A stretch of DNA of 64,000 bases from a virus. Lineage: Duplodnaviria > Caudoviricetes. The first letter of the stretch is position 1, and each line of letters starts with the position of its first letter. This document shows positions 37,097 to 46,719 of this stretch, piece by piece. The DNA lies in IMG/VR virus record IMGVR_UViG_3300012007_000009, positions 1-64,000 of that record; one strand, given 5' to 3'. Position numbers and translations under genes: made by a program. The notes beneath the pieces were generated by a model that was given only the letters and a program-made list of their open reading frames with translations, was not told where the DNA came from and searched no databases.

Positions 37097-38442
37097 TTTT
37101 TCGTCTCCTTGTTCAATGACGCAAATACGGTATTTCCCAAGGCAAGCACGGACTTGTAGTCCGGGCTGAGCATGCCGGCATATCCGTTATTGGTAATCAT
37201 AATGATTTCCGTTAACAAATCGGCAGTATTTTCGGTGCGTTCCTTGCCGAGTATACCAGTAGTTACGGTAGCATCCTTTACGATACGCTTGCCAACTATA
37301 ATATACCTTGCGCTGTAATTTTCATCCGGCAAAATATCGCCAGTTTTCAGCTTGGGCGAGCTCGCGTAAAAATATACACACGAACCAACCGCTGGCCCCG
37401 GATGGTTATACAAGTACACGCGAACCATTTTTGAATATTCCGCGAGCAAGTAATTTCGGATAAACGGGGCTATCGAATATGTCTTGTGGGTATTGGATGG
37501 GAATGGCTTAATTACATACTGCCTTCCATATGCCTTCTTCTCCATGTATTCGGTAGACGCTCCCATCGTGCCAAGTATCGAGCTCCAGCATTCTTCGCTG
37601 CATATGCCGGTATCCTTGCTGCTCCCGGATGCCGTACTGTCTATAATCATGTTAGGCGACCGGGCTTCCCGGGTTGTGCCGGCCATATCGGTTGGCATAT
37701 ATCCCATGTAGTACCAGACTATAGTATCGCTGTCCTTCAGCTTGTGACAGGCTGCAGTAGTCGGCATATTCGAGTCGTTGCTGTACATCATGAAGTTTTT
37801 GGGCTTGGTGCCCTTGGATACGTTAAATGTACCAAGAACGTAAGTTTGGGCCAGTTCATCGTAAGTCCAATACAGTATGTCCCCGGGGATGGATGAATGC
37901 TCGATAACATTATCCATATGTGTACTAATATCGCCATCAACGAACCGCCAGGTCATATTGTCGCTTATGGAGTTTGGCTTTTTGGCTGGCGACACTTTGT
38001 CCAGCAGAGGGATACTCTTCTCGCTGAATAGCTTGTTTGCCGCCTCAACACTCGTGCCATCCATCGCAAATGCTTCCATTACGCTCTGCATTTCCGGAGT
38101 GCCGAATACAAACGAAATGTCAATCGACACCATGTCCTGGGAAACTTGGCTTCTTACGGCCGAATAGATGTATATTGGCAATTCTATGGCGCCGTTATCC
38201 GGTTTCAACCCATATAGCAGCAACCGGCCATAGGTGCCACTTTTGGGGTCACCTGCAGCATCCGGAGTACTAACCAAGTTTGCGGAGCCATACGGGAGAT
38301 GGTTGATGGGCATTTCTAGCTTGAACATATGAATTGCCGCATCGTTAAATACGCCATAATCACGCTTATCCGCGTCGGCACTTGAGCCCTTCTCTATCAT
38401 GATAGCTAGAGAATACCGTTCACCTACTCTAGTATTAGCCAT
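37093..38442 (-). CDS. Baseplate hub protein (gp27-like)
   Basis: Position upstream of the gp5-like gene; DENYSARYII pattern. Confidence 0.45.
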   Translation of the reverse strand: MANTRVGERYSLAIMIEKGSSADADKRDYGVFNDAAIHMFKLEMPINHLPYGSANLVSTPDAAGDPKSGTYGRLLLYGLKPDNGAIELPIYIYSAVRSQVSQDMVSIDISFVFGTPEMQSVMEAFAMDGTSVEAANKLFSEKSIPLLDKVSPAKKPNSISDNMTWRFVDGDISTHMDNVIEHSSIPGDILYWTYDELAQTYVLGTFNVSKGTKPKNFMMYSNDSNMPTTAACHKLKDSDTIVWYYMGYMPTDMAGTTREARSPNMIIDSTASGSSKDTGICSEECWSSILGTMGASTEYMEKKAYGRQYVIKPFPSNTHKTYSIAPFIRNYLLAEYSKMVRVYLYNHPGPAVGSCVYFYASSPKLKTGDILPDENYSARYIIVGKRIVKDATVTTGILGKERTENTADLLTEIIMITNNGYAGMLSPDYKSVLALGNTVFASLNKETKK

Positions 38443-38894
38443 TAATCAATATCCTCACTGCCGTCAGCATCAGCCAGCGTGTCGTACCTCTCCAGCCAGG
38501 CAACCGCCGTGTCCGGGCTCGGTACAAACATGATTCTCCCGGAAGTCACATCGGTGATGTTCCCATCATGCATATTTTTGTACGATAGCCAGTCTCGCGA
38601 GCCAAGAACCCTGAGTTCATCGATAGCCTTTGCCTCGTTCTTAGCGTGCGATGGCTTTACCCCCCTTAAAACTACTTCATTTTCAAGTGCTTCGGTTGCT
38701 GGCCTGATACCCGGTCGATTCGTAAATGCATCCACGATGCCATTGGCCATAGCAAACATTTTGTACGATTTTGGACTGGAATACATATCATTGAGTATCA
38801 AATCCAATCGGCCCGTCTGATACGACGGTACATTGAACAGGTCAATGTAGTCAAAATTTCTGCTTCTCATACGTGGAAAATGTTCTTTAGGCAT
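38442..38894 (-). CDS. Baseplate wedge protein (gp53/LysM-like)
   Basis: GRLDLI..MY..P...FAMANGI..., GRIMFVP. Confidence 0.55.
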   Translation of the reverse strand: MPKEHFPRMRSRNFDYIDLFNVPSYQTGRLDLILNDMYSSPKSYKMFAMANGIVDAFTNRPGIRPATEALENEVVLRGVKPSHAKNEAKAIDELRVLGSRDWLSYKNMHDGNITDVTSGRIMFVPSPDTAVAWLERYDTLADADGSEDID

Positions 38895-38906
38895 ATCAAC
38901 CCCGCT

Positions 38907-40163
38907 TTATTTTTTGACACCTGGGTTCGGTTTATTGCTACCTGCCCCGACTGGGGGTGACCCGCTACCGCTAGCAGTGTTTTTTCCTTCGCCACCACTA
39001 TCAGGCGGGGTTACATCTGTCTTTGGAGGGTCCTTTTCGGATTCACCGACAATGTAGCCCAGATTGAATACGTCATCGCCAAGCCACCTAACAAATCCCT
39101 TATTGGGGTCAGGTGTCATCCATGTCTCAAATTGTATATTTGCATTAACGAAGAGTGGAATATTCGAGCCATCCTCGGTCATGAACTGTTCCTTGCTTCC
39201 GGTCAACTGAACATTGGTTATGACAAGCGGCTCGATGTCCAGTATATGCCCCAGAGTCAGCCGAACAGGAAATGGCGCGAACGTGATTGACCCGCCGAAT
39301 GTTTCGTTTGCTTTTAACCCAAATTGTATAACTTGGTTAATTCCAAATCCGGCAGCTTTAGCGAGTGCACCCAATCCACCGCCCATGTAATCGCCCACCG
39401 CTCCGACGGCCGTCCTAGCCGCATTGGCAACGGTACCGCCGCCACCCTCTTGCTCATCCGATTCCAATGGTGCAGTTTCTGCCTGTTGGTTCGACTCTTT
39501 CATTCCCGCTTTAATGTCTTTAGCAACAGTTTTCAGGGCTGTTGCTATTTTCTGTACGTAGTCTCCATTCTTGTTCTGGTCAAAATTCCTAACATATGCA
39601 ATTTTCAATAATCTGGCTATGGATACCCGTGCCTGGGCCTCCATTTCTGGCATATACCAGCTACACCGGACATTTTTATTGAACTGGAAATCGGCCTTGC
39701 TAAAACTTTTTAGCGTACCGGTACCGGTACTCGTATTGTCAATCCCGACACGGGACATTAATTTATTTATCGTCCCGGAAACGTCAGCCGCACGGGTAGC
39801 CAGGAACCCAACACCGGGAAGCTTTTCCAGCGTTTTTGCCAATCCGGCAAACGTAGCATCACCCCGGGGTTCCCAATTTGACCGTAAATCGAATCCAATA
39901 TCGCCCGTTTGCTGTGGGTCGAAAATTGCATAAAATGGGCGGTTGGCATCGTCCGGCATCAGTTGTTCTACCAATGTCGTGCGCAAAAGCTCCATCTTAC
40001 CGAAAAATCCACCAAGGTATCGCTGACGGGCCTTCGGCGACAAAACTTCAATTCTTACCACATTAGGATTGGGCAGATTGAACGAATGGGCATACATGCC
40101 CTTTCCCGGCGTGTCGTGCTCGGGAAATGGTTTGTATCGACTGAGTAATGCCTTGTCCGCCAT
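38907..40163 (-). CDS. Tail tube initiator/baseplate cap (gp48-like)
   Basis: PFPVRLTLG..LDIEPLVITNV...P....NIQF pattern; position. Confidence 0.45.
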   Translation of the reverse strand: MADKALLSRYKPFPEHDTPGKGMYAHSFNLPNPNVVRIEVLSPKARQRYLGGFFGKMELLRTTLVEQLMPDDANRPFYAIFDPQQTGDIGFDLRSNWEPRGDATFAGLAKTLEKLPGVGFLATRAADVSGTINKLMSRVGIDNTSTGTGTLKSFSKADFQFNKNVRCSWYMPEMEAQARVSIARLLKIAYVRNFDQNKNGDYVQKIATALKTVAKDIKAGMKESNQQAETAPLESDEQEGGGGTVANAARTAVGAVGDYMGGGLGALAKAAGFGINQVIQFGLKANETFGGSITFAPFPVRLTLGHILDIEPLVITNVQLTGSKEQFMTEDGSNIPLFVNANIQFETWMTPDPNKGFVRWLGDDVFNLGYIVGESEKDPPKTDVTPPDSGGEGKNTASGSGSPPVGAGSNKPNPGVKK

Positions 40164-40166
40164 ATA

Positions 40167-42425
40167 CTATTTCCTCCCTACGAGGGATTCATTGATTTGC
40201 TGTCCCTGAAGTTTCGCAGTCTCTTCGGTTTGCTGTTTTACTTCTTCGTCGGTAAGAGCCCGTTTAGTTCCCTTGTAAGTAGCATCCTCCAATCTAGCAG
40301 CCTGCTCCTCGGCTGTCTCCACCTTTTCGGGGGTCGCCTGGACACCGGGCATGACAGCGTTAGGCGCATTGACCTGTGCTAAGCTGCCCGGGGCCATCTT
40401 CTGGTCACCAAATCCCGGCAGCGAATTCATATCAAGTGTCGCCGCTTGTTGAACCTGCTTGTATGCTTGGTTCCGCTGTTCTTCTTGCTCTTTATCCCAT
40501 ACTTTGCGGTACGCATTCAATTTTTCAACGTCGTCACGCCCGATTCCCTGCTTTTCCGCGGCTTTCATAAATTGGGCATTGACTGCCTCCATCTGTTTTT
40601 GTTTCTGCTCCAAGGTTAACAACTGGTCTATCTTCTTCCTGGCATCTTCATTATACAGTAGCGCAACAGCATCATCTCTGTCATCGCTGAAATTATTCGC
40701 GATTTTTTGTAATTCCATTCGGTTAAGGTCACCCAGTTTCTTGTCGCCAAGTAGGTTTTTTATCGCCATCAACTTATCAGTAGAAAAAGAACTGCCCCTC
40801 AAGAAGGTATATTCGCCTTCTTCATGCAGTTCCTTACGTAAGGCTTCCTGCTCAGCTAGATTCTTTTCGATGTCGGCGCGGTATGTATGCGTTTGTGCAC
40901 GCTCTTCTCGTAATTTCTTAGCATTATCATGCATGTCCTTTATATTGTTATTGGCTTCATCCTTTCCCTCGTCCGATGTCAGGTCTAGCAATGCGTCGGC
41001 TGCGGTTATAATATGTCCGAGCGAAGCTAATGCAGCAGTACCAAGGGCTGCATACAGGCCTCCCTTGCCCAGTCCCTTCAGGCCGCCAATCAATGATTTC
41101 TTTAAGCCATCAAACAGAGAACCATCGTTTCCTTTTTTGAAGAATTCGGTACCCATCTTATAAAAATCGGGCCGCATTTGTGTATCTAGCTTTCTCTGTA
41201 TATCGGCGGCTTCCTTCGCCGAACTAGATTTATCCAGTCCACTTTTAGTGTTTTCCCCAATTTCGACCGGTTCGTTGCGGTCCCCGCTCAGCGCTTTAAC
41301 TGTTGCCTGTTCGTCATCGCCACCGACAATTTCAGCATCGATAACCTTGCTTCGGTCAATCTTTGAAACGGATGAATTCAGTGCCTTTCCCAGCACCTCT
41401 CCGGTGAGCGGTGCATCGCCGGCACCGGGTGCTGGCAACGCCAGTAGCCCACTTCCGGTGGTACCGGTATTGGCTGCCGGCGCGTTACCCTTATTGGTAT
41501 CGACGGGTTTATTGTTTTTGAATGTCTCGTTCAACGATGACAGCATATTATGAATGCTATCCATTGCCATTGTTTCCTTGGATGGCATTCCGTCTGGCAT
41601 TTCCGCTAAATCATCGTTCTTCCGTTCCCTAATACGTTGAGCGGCATATACTTTGGCAAGCGCTTTAGCCTGCATGGCATTGCGTATGCTTTCTAGTTCA
41701 TCTTCGCTCGCCCCACCAGCCTTCATCTTACGGTACTGCGCGCTAAGACGCTTCCGTTCCTTTTCCGAACGCTTGATTAGAGCCTCATCCTTTGCAGTTT
41801 CCTTCTCCTCGGCTCGAACATCCCGGTCCTTCCACCAGTTCTTCAGTGTATTTATGCCGCCAAGCCCGAGTGTATCCAGTGCCTTTTCGCTGAAGGTTCT
41901 GTCGTCTGCATTGCCATTCAGCGCCGCCTTTATTATTTGGTTGGTTTCCTTGTTTTCCTGGGTGACGGAATTTTCTAGGCCGAATGACTTCTTCATCGCA
42001 CCAAGGACGTTGGTATCGGAAAATGCCGCTGTCAGGGCAGACTTGTACATGTCGGCCTGTGTGGTAGGCTGTGGCGCGAATGCCATTTCCCAGAACCCGG
42101 CCTGCCCTCGTTCGAGCGGTGCGCTACTCAGTTTCCTGGCTTCTTCGTTTTGTTTCTGCGCTTCATCGTATATGCGACGTTCGTTTTCTATCCCCATCAT
42201 GGATGATGAGAGTACGGAGGCCATCGAGGTAAAATACGGGCTGTCCTGGCGTCCCATAGCGTCGGACAGTTCGTTGACGCGAGTAGTCATTCCGGACAGC
42301 GAGCTGGTAATCGATTCCAGCTTCTGTTCCAGGGACCTTAGTGTGCTAAGAGTGTCTTCCTCAACACGAGACGGTTGATTCTGCGCAGTTGCTGTTGTTG
42401 CTGTTGTCTGTGTTGTTTCGGCCAT
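40167..42425 (-). CDS. Tape measure-like protein (gp29-like)
   Basis: Long helical A/K/E-rich protein with a Gly-rich hydrophobic segment; heads the baseplate operon; ATAAACT upstream. Confidence 0.55.
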   Translation of the reverse strand: MAETTQTTATTATAQNQPSRVEEDTLSTLRSLEQKLESITSSLSGMTTRVNELSDAMGRQDSPYFTSMASVLSSSMMGIENERRIYDEAQKQNEEARKLSSAPLERGQAGFWEMAFAPQPTTQADMYKSALTAAFSDTNVLGAMKKSFGLENSVTQENKETNQIIKAALNGNADDRTFSEKALDTLGLGGINTLKNWWKDRDVRAEEKETAKDEALIKRSEKERKRLSAQYRKMKAGGASEDELESIRNAMQAKALAKVYAAQRIRERKNDDLAEMPDGMPSKETMAMDSIHNMLSSLNETFKNNKPVDTNKGNAPAANTGTTGSGLLALPAPGAGDAPLTGEVLGKALNSSVSKIDRSKVIDAEIVGGDDEQATVKALSGDRNEPVEIGENTKSGLDKSSSAKEAADIQRKLDTQMRPDFYKMGTEFFKKGNDGSLFDGLKKSLIGGLKGLGKGGLYAALGTAALASLGHIITAADALLDLTSDEGKDEANNNIKDMHDNAKKLREERAQTHTYRADIEKNLAEQEALRKELHEEGEYTFLRGSSFSTDKLMAIKNLLGDKKLGDLNRMELQKIANNFSDDRDDAVALLYNEDARKKIDQLLTLEQKQKQMEAVNAQFMKAAEKQGIGRDDVEKLNAYRKVWDKEQEEQRNQAYKQVQQAATLDMNSLPGFGDQKMAPGSLAQVNAPNAVMPGVQATPEKVETAEEQAARLEDATYKGTKRALTDEEVKQQTEETAKLQGQQINESLVGRK

Positions 42426-42489
42426 AGGTTACACTCCAAAACAACAGTTTATATACCGCAAACCGCAAAACCGAGGGGAATTTGATATA

Positions 42490-42978
42490 TCAGAGCAACT
42501 TGAGTATGTCAGATAAGGCCTGTCTAGGGTTATCGTACAGGACCGCATCGCCACCCGCCTTGATGAATTCATCGACGTTCTGCGGGTTGTCGTCTACCAG
42601 CAGTCTACCGGGTGCGGCAAATTTCGCCTTGTCGGTACCCTTGCGCACAATAACCAGGTGCTCGTTGTCCAGGTCGGTATTCCAGTGTACCCAGAGGCAC
42701 TTTCCCTTGACTCCGGCCGGGATTTCGATTGCCGTCAGAATGCCCAGCTCTATCCCCAGGCTGTCGCATACCTCCCGGCATGACAAGTAAAAGGCTTCTC
42801 CCCCCTCCATCCACTTCATGTTGGCCCAGTAGTCAGGCCCGACCGCCTTCGGGATGCTCCAGTCTATCGCGCTCGGGTGCTTGCCGGGTCCCTTTCGGCA
42901 CCCGTATTCGTCGGCCCTGGCGTCGAAGTCCACTAGCACGCCGTCCATGTCCAAATATAACCGGTTGATTCCTGGCAT
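42490..42978 (-). CDS. HAD-family 5'(3')-deoxyribonucleotidase
   Basis: LYLDMDGVLVDF, ILTA, LLVDD. Confidence 0.88.
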   Translation of the reverse strand: MPGINRLYLDMDGVLVDFDARADEYGCRKGPGKHPSAIDWSIPKAVGPDYWANMKWMEGGEAFYLSCREVCDSLGIELGILTAIEIPAGVKGKCLWVHWNTDLDNEHLVIVRKGTDKAKFAAPGRLLVDDNPQNVDEFIKAGGDAVLYDNPRQALSDILKLL

Positions 42979-43005
42979 AGTTCACCAAATATAGCAAACT
43001 CGAGT

Positions 43006-43170
43006 TTATAGCGTTTCGAGTTCGCTTCCGCGGTCGGGTACATAGTGCGTCGCGTTAAATCGCATGCGTGCATACTTGACCAGCTCCAGGAATTCCTGAA
43101 AGAACATCTGGTCGCAGTCATGGAAAGTGTTGCAGGTCATCTCGGATATGATGCACTTGTCCTGTATCAT
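43006..43170 (-). CDS. Small baseplate hub assembly protein (gp51-like)
   Basis: 54-aa ORF directly after the gp26-like gene. Confidence 0.35.
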   Translation of the reverse strand: MIQDKCIISEMTCNTFHDCDQMFFQEFLELVKYARMRFNATHYVPDRGSELETL

Positions 43171-43180
43171 TTCACGCTTG

Positions 43181-45007
43181 CTATAGCGAGGCCACATACG
43201 AGTAGAATCGAAACGGATACGGCTGTATCGCCGTGCCTCCGCATTTCGGACATTTAATCGATACCTTGGTGGTAGATACGACTTGGGCCCCGGTAACCGC
43301 CTTCAGCAAGTCGCCCTTGGCGTTCAACGGATACTCCTCGATGTACTGCACCTTGTCGGTCATGCTATCGCAGTCCTCGATTTCCACAATAGCCGCTATG
43401 CTGAGCGGAAGGTTCTTGTACTTCGGGAACACTTTACCGTTGGCATTCTCCCACCCATCGATGTATTCGTTGATGATGCGGTCGTGCTTCCTCCTGCGGA
43501 GATATATGTCGCATTCCCTGCCGTCATACGTGGTGAACTGCACATACCCGTTCTCCGCATGCATGGCCGCGGTTTCCTCCGGTGGCCGTTCCGTGCTGAA
43601 ACTCAGGTCCATGAAGGTAATGTTTGGCAACGCGGACATGGTATCATACCTGGTGTACTTGCTGTTGCAGTGCTCGCATACGAACGGTACCTTCGGCAGG
43701 CCGGTATCGGTCTCGCTGTAGGAAGACGCCCTGAGCCAATACATAAGGTATTCCTCGTCCGCGGTAAGTATGTCTTCCGGCGATATTCCGCGTATACGCC
43801 TGCCGAGAATCGTGGTCAGTGTCGTGGTGATATCATCGGCGTCGGTATCGCTCAGCATGAACGCGTCGACGGTCTTCAGGGCCTGGCCGTATCCTTTTTC
43901 ACCGTAGAACAGCCCCTTCGACGGCCATCCCGTAATCTCGGTGAAGGCCTCGAAGTCCTTGTCCGGCCTTGCCGGGTCGAACCGGGGAGTTGCCTGCTGG
44001 ATAATCGGCGGTTCCTTGGCCACATACACGGACTCGACGTGCCTGTCCATCCCGGGAATACCGGTATCTACCGACTGTACCGGGGGAACGACCGCCGAGG
44101 CCTCCGTATACGCCGTCCTGGCATCCGGTACGGAAGCCGGTTGCAGCGGAACACTCGGGTTCACCTGCGGAATGGGGAATTGGGGATTCACCTGCGGCAT
44201 GACCGGCTGGGTGAACTGGGGATTTACTTGGCCGTACCCGGGAAATCCCTGGCCGTTGATTGATGCTCTGGCATACATGGCGGAAACCTCGGCATCCTGA
44301 ATATCGGGTGACTGTGGACGGGGAGCTTCATGCTGAGCAGCTGACAACCTGGCGTGCTGTGAGGCCCAGTATCCAGCTTCCGGAGTCTGTACCTGCCCAG
44401 GAAGGGCCTGCGGGGCCATCATGTTCGGGTCATTCATCCGTTCCCTTGCATATTCCGGGGAAGGTTCCGGCCGGGAAGGCATCTGCGGATTGTTTCTCCG
44501 TGCATCGAATGCACCCGGGTGCACTGTCTCGTTCCGCTCCAGGAATCCGTCCCGGGCCTGGGCGCTGCGGGACTTGACCATGTTGATGAGGTCGATGTCG
44601 GCCTGTGTGAGGGCGCCATTGGGCTCGATGACCGGTATCGCCGGCGATGCCTCGATTGGCTTCCTGGGAGCCTCGGTAAATTCGTTTGGTGTCACCCTGG
44701 TGGCTTCCTGCTTCTTCATGCCCTTCTTCCCTCGCTTCTTTACAGCCTTCTGTTCGACCGCTGACGGCTGTTCCTGGAATTCCCCGGGAGCATCTCCCGC
44801 TACGAGAGCAGCCCTCCTGCGCTGGGCAATCTCGTTCTTCCTCTCCATGTCCCTTGCGAGGTCTTCCCGTTCCTGCTTCATGGTATCGGCCAGTTCCTTG
44901 TCCCCCGTGGGTAGTCCCATGGAAGCCTGTGCGGCAGCTGCCGACATTCCCTGCATCAGGATATTGCGTGTTTCTTCGTCGTATTCGACGGATGGATTCT
45001 GGTTCAT
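43181..45007 (-). CDS. Baseplate hub assembly protein (gp26-like) with long disordered N-terminus
   Basis: WPSKGLFY, D..YL.Y.LR..SY, CEHC and CPKC in the C-terminal half; P/Q-rich N-terminal half. Confidence 0.65.
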   Translation of the reverse strand: MNQNPSVEYDEETRNILMQGMSAAAAQASMGLPTGDKELADTMKQEREDLARDMERKNEIAQRRRAALVAGDAPGEFQEQPSAVEQKAVKKRGKKGMKKQEATRVTPNEFTEAPRKPIEASPAIPVIEPNGALTQADIDLINMVKSRSAQARDGFLERNETVHPGAFDARRNNPQMPSRPEPSPEYARERMNDPNMMAPQALPGQVQTPEAGYWASQHARLSAAQHEAPRPQSPDIQDAEVSAMYARASINGQGFPGYGQVNPQFTQPVMPQVNPQFPIPQVNPSVPLQPASVPDARTAYTEASAVVPPVQSVDTGIPGMDRHVESVYVAKEPPIIQQATPRFDPARPDKDFEAFTEITGWPSKGLFYGEKGYGQALKTVDAFMLSDTDADDITTTLTTILGRRIRGISPEDILTADEEYLMYWLRASSYSETDTGLPKVPFVCEHCNSKYTRYDTMSALPNITFMDLSFSTERPPEETAAMHAENGYVQFTTYDGRECDIYLRRRKHDRIINEYIDGWENANGKVFPKYKNLPLSIAAIVEIEDCDSMTDKVQYIEEYPLNAKGDLLKAVTGAQVVSTTKVSIKCPKCGGTAIQPYPFRFYSYVASL

Positions 45008-45282
45008 CGTGTTACCTCTCCAATTACGTATGTGTACCGGGGCCCGGTATACCTGGACCCGTTGGCCAGGGTTATGTCCACCTGTTCCCCCTTGGCGGCG
45101 GACTCGTTGAGCCTAGCCACCTCGACCTTGCATTCCTCGGGGTCGTCGTACTGCTTCTCGAACGCCTGGGGAGCGGCTACATTCCCGTCGCTGTATGAAC
45201 GGGAACGGCCCGGACGTTCCGGGTCGGCCTCGAGACTCAGGTTGTCGTACTTCACTACGCAGTACTTGGTCTTCTGTTCCAT
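45004..45282 (-). CDS. Hypothetical protein
   Basis: 92-aa ORF coupled to both neighbours. Confidence 0.6.
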   Translation of the reverse strand: MEQKTKYCVVKYDNLSLEADPERPGRSRSYSDGNVAAPQAFEKQYDDPEECKVEVARLNESAAKGEQVDITLANGSRYTGPRYTYVIGEVTR

Positions 45283-45284
45283 GC

Positions 45285-46640
45285 CTAGTTACCGTCGGCT
45301 GCCTTCTCGGCATCCTTCTTCTTGAGTTTCGCCATGCCCTCGTCGAACCTGGACTTGAGGGCGGTGCTGACCTTGCGGCCCAGCATGGAGTGGAAGTAGC
45401 CGGCCAGAACCTTGGGGTCGGAAACCAGCCGGTGTTCCATCATCGTCCTCTGCTTGGTGTAGGCCTCGTCCCAGTTGGCGACGATTCGCCATTTCTCAAT
45501 CATCGCGGACAGTTCCTTGACGCTAGTGTCCTGGCCGAAAACGAAATCCTTGCCGCATTCGTTGCAGATGTGCACGCCCGGCTCGAAACCCGCCTCGGCA
45601 ATCTGCGCGAACACTACGGAACCCGCTGAAATTGCAAGGATTGCGTCGGTGTCGGCAATGGTGATGTTGTAGATGTCCTCGTCGACGTGCTCGGGCTCGG
45701 TAAGGATTACAAAGTCGAATCCGGCATCGCGTTCCATTGCCATGGTCTCGGCGGCGTTCTTGGCGGTGACATATGGGTTGGCCCAGTGCATCACGTGCCT
45801 TACGAGAGGTCCTTCCTTCTTGCTGCGCGGACGGAGAAGCTCCATGAGGCGCGGGTCGAGGTCGGATACGGTAGAAATGGTGAAGTCGTACTCGTCTGTG
45901 CCGTGGATGATGAAGTTCTGGACGTTCTGGGGAATGTCGGTTCCCTTCACGAGAATCTTCGGCCTGCGGATTGCGGTGAAACCGCCCTTGGACTTCAGGA
46001 ACACCTTGTGAGTCGGGTAGAACTGGCTCGATACGAAGGACGGGATGATGACCACGTCCTTGTCCTCGGACACGAGGCCAAGCTGGACGATTGCAGTACG
46101 CAGCTCGTTGTTAGGGACGACCACGGTATCGGCATAGTCGAGACAGTCGGCCACCATCTTGGCTTCGATGATTGTCTTGTTCCTTGCCGCGGGAGCGTCC
46201 CACACGAACTCGTCGAGAGCGTAGACGACCCGCAGTGTCAACGAACGGAACTCGTTAGCGCTCTGCATGAACTTGTCGTACTCGTCGGCATTGCCCTTGA
46301 GCTTCTCGGCCTCTTCCTTCCAGCCCGGGGCGACCCTGTCGAATGCGGCACGCATGCTGGACATCATCAAGTCGTTGAACTCCCTGTTGATGACGTTGTC
46401 CACCCACACCACGCTGTACCCGGAAAGGTCCGGCTTTGTACGGCAGAACGTCTTGCTGTCCATCGTGGTCATGGTGACCTCGGCGATGGTGCTGTAGAAG
46501 TTCTTGAACTGCTGCATTGCGTTGTAGCCGCGAACGCAGGAGAGACGCGAAGTGTCGTCCGTCACGTAGAGGACGTTGAATTCGCGCTTGGTCTCAAGGA
46601 TTTGGTTAATCCGTTCTTCGATTTTCTTGGTAAAGTCCAT
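45285..46640 (-). CDS. GT-B (GT4-like) glycosyltransferase homolog, motifs degenerate
   Basis: VVYALDEFVW, ADTVVVPNNEL, VVIIPS, RPKIL pattern. Confidence 0.5.
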   Translation of the reverse strand: MDFTKKIEERINQILETKREFNVLYVTDDTSRLSCVRGYNAMQQFKNFYSTIAEVTMTTMDSKTFCRTKPDLSGYSVVWVDNVINREFNDLMMSSMRAAFDRVAPGWKEEAEKLKGNADEYDKFMQSANEFRSLTLRVVYALDEFVWDAPAARNKTIIEAKMVADCLDYADTVVVPNNELRTAIVQLGLVSEDKDVVIIPSFVSSQFYPTHKVFLKSKGGFTAIRRPKILVKGTDIPQNVQNFIIHGTDEYDFTISTVSDLDPRLMELLRPRSKKEGPLVRHVMHWANPYVTAKNAAETMAMERDAGFDFVILTEPEHVDEDIYNITIADTDAILAISAGSVVFAQIAEAGFEPGVHICNECGKDFVFGQDTSVKELSAMIEKWRIVANWDEAYTKQRTMMEHRLVSDPKVLAGYFHSMLGRKVSTALKSRFDEGMAKLKKKDAEKAADGN

Positions 46641-46719
46641 ATGTATAGTTTCCTCGTCTTGCGGCGGAACCCTTTCCCGGGTTGCCGGCCCCCTTTGCGA
46701 AGGAAACTATTACATTTGG

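Noticed and set aside
46655-46705. GC-rich hairpins upstream of gene 46640 as a possible ncRNA or riboswitch
   Set aside because: Stems are short and match no family I recognise; not supportable without covariance analysis.
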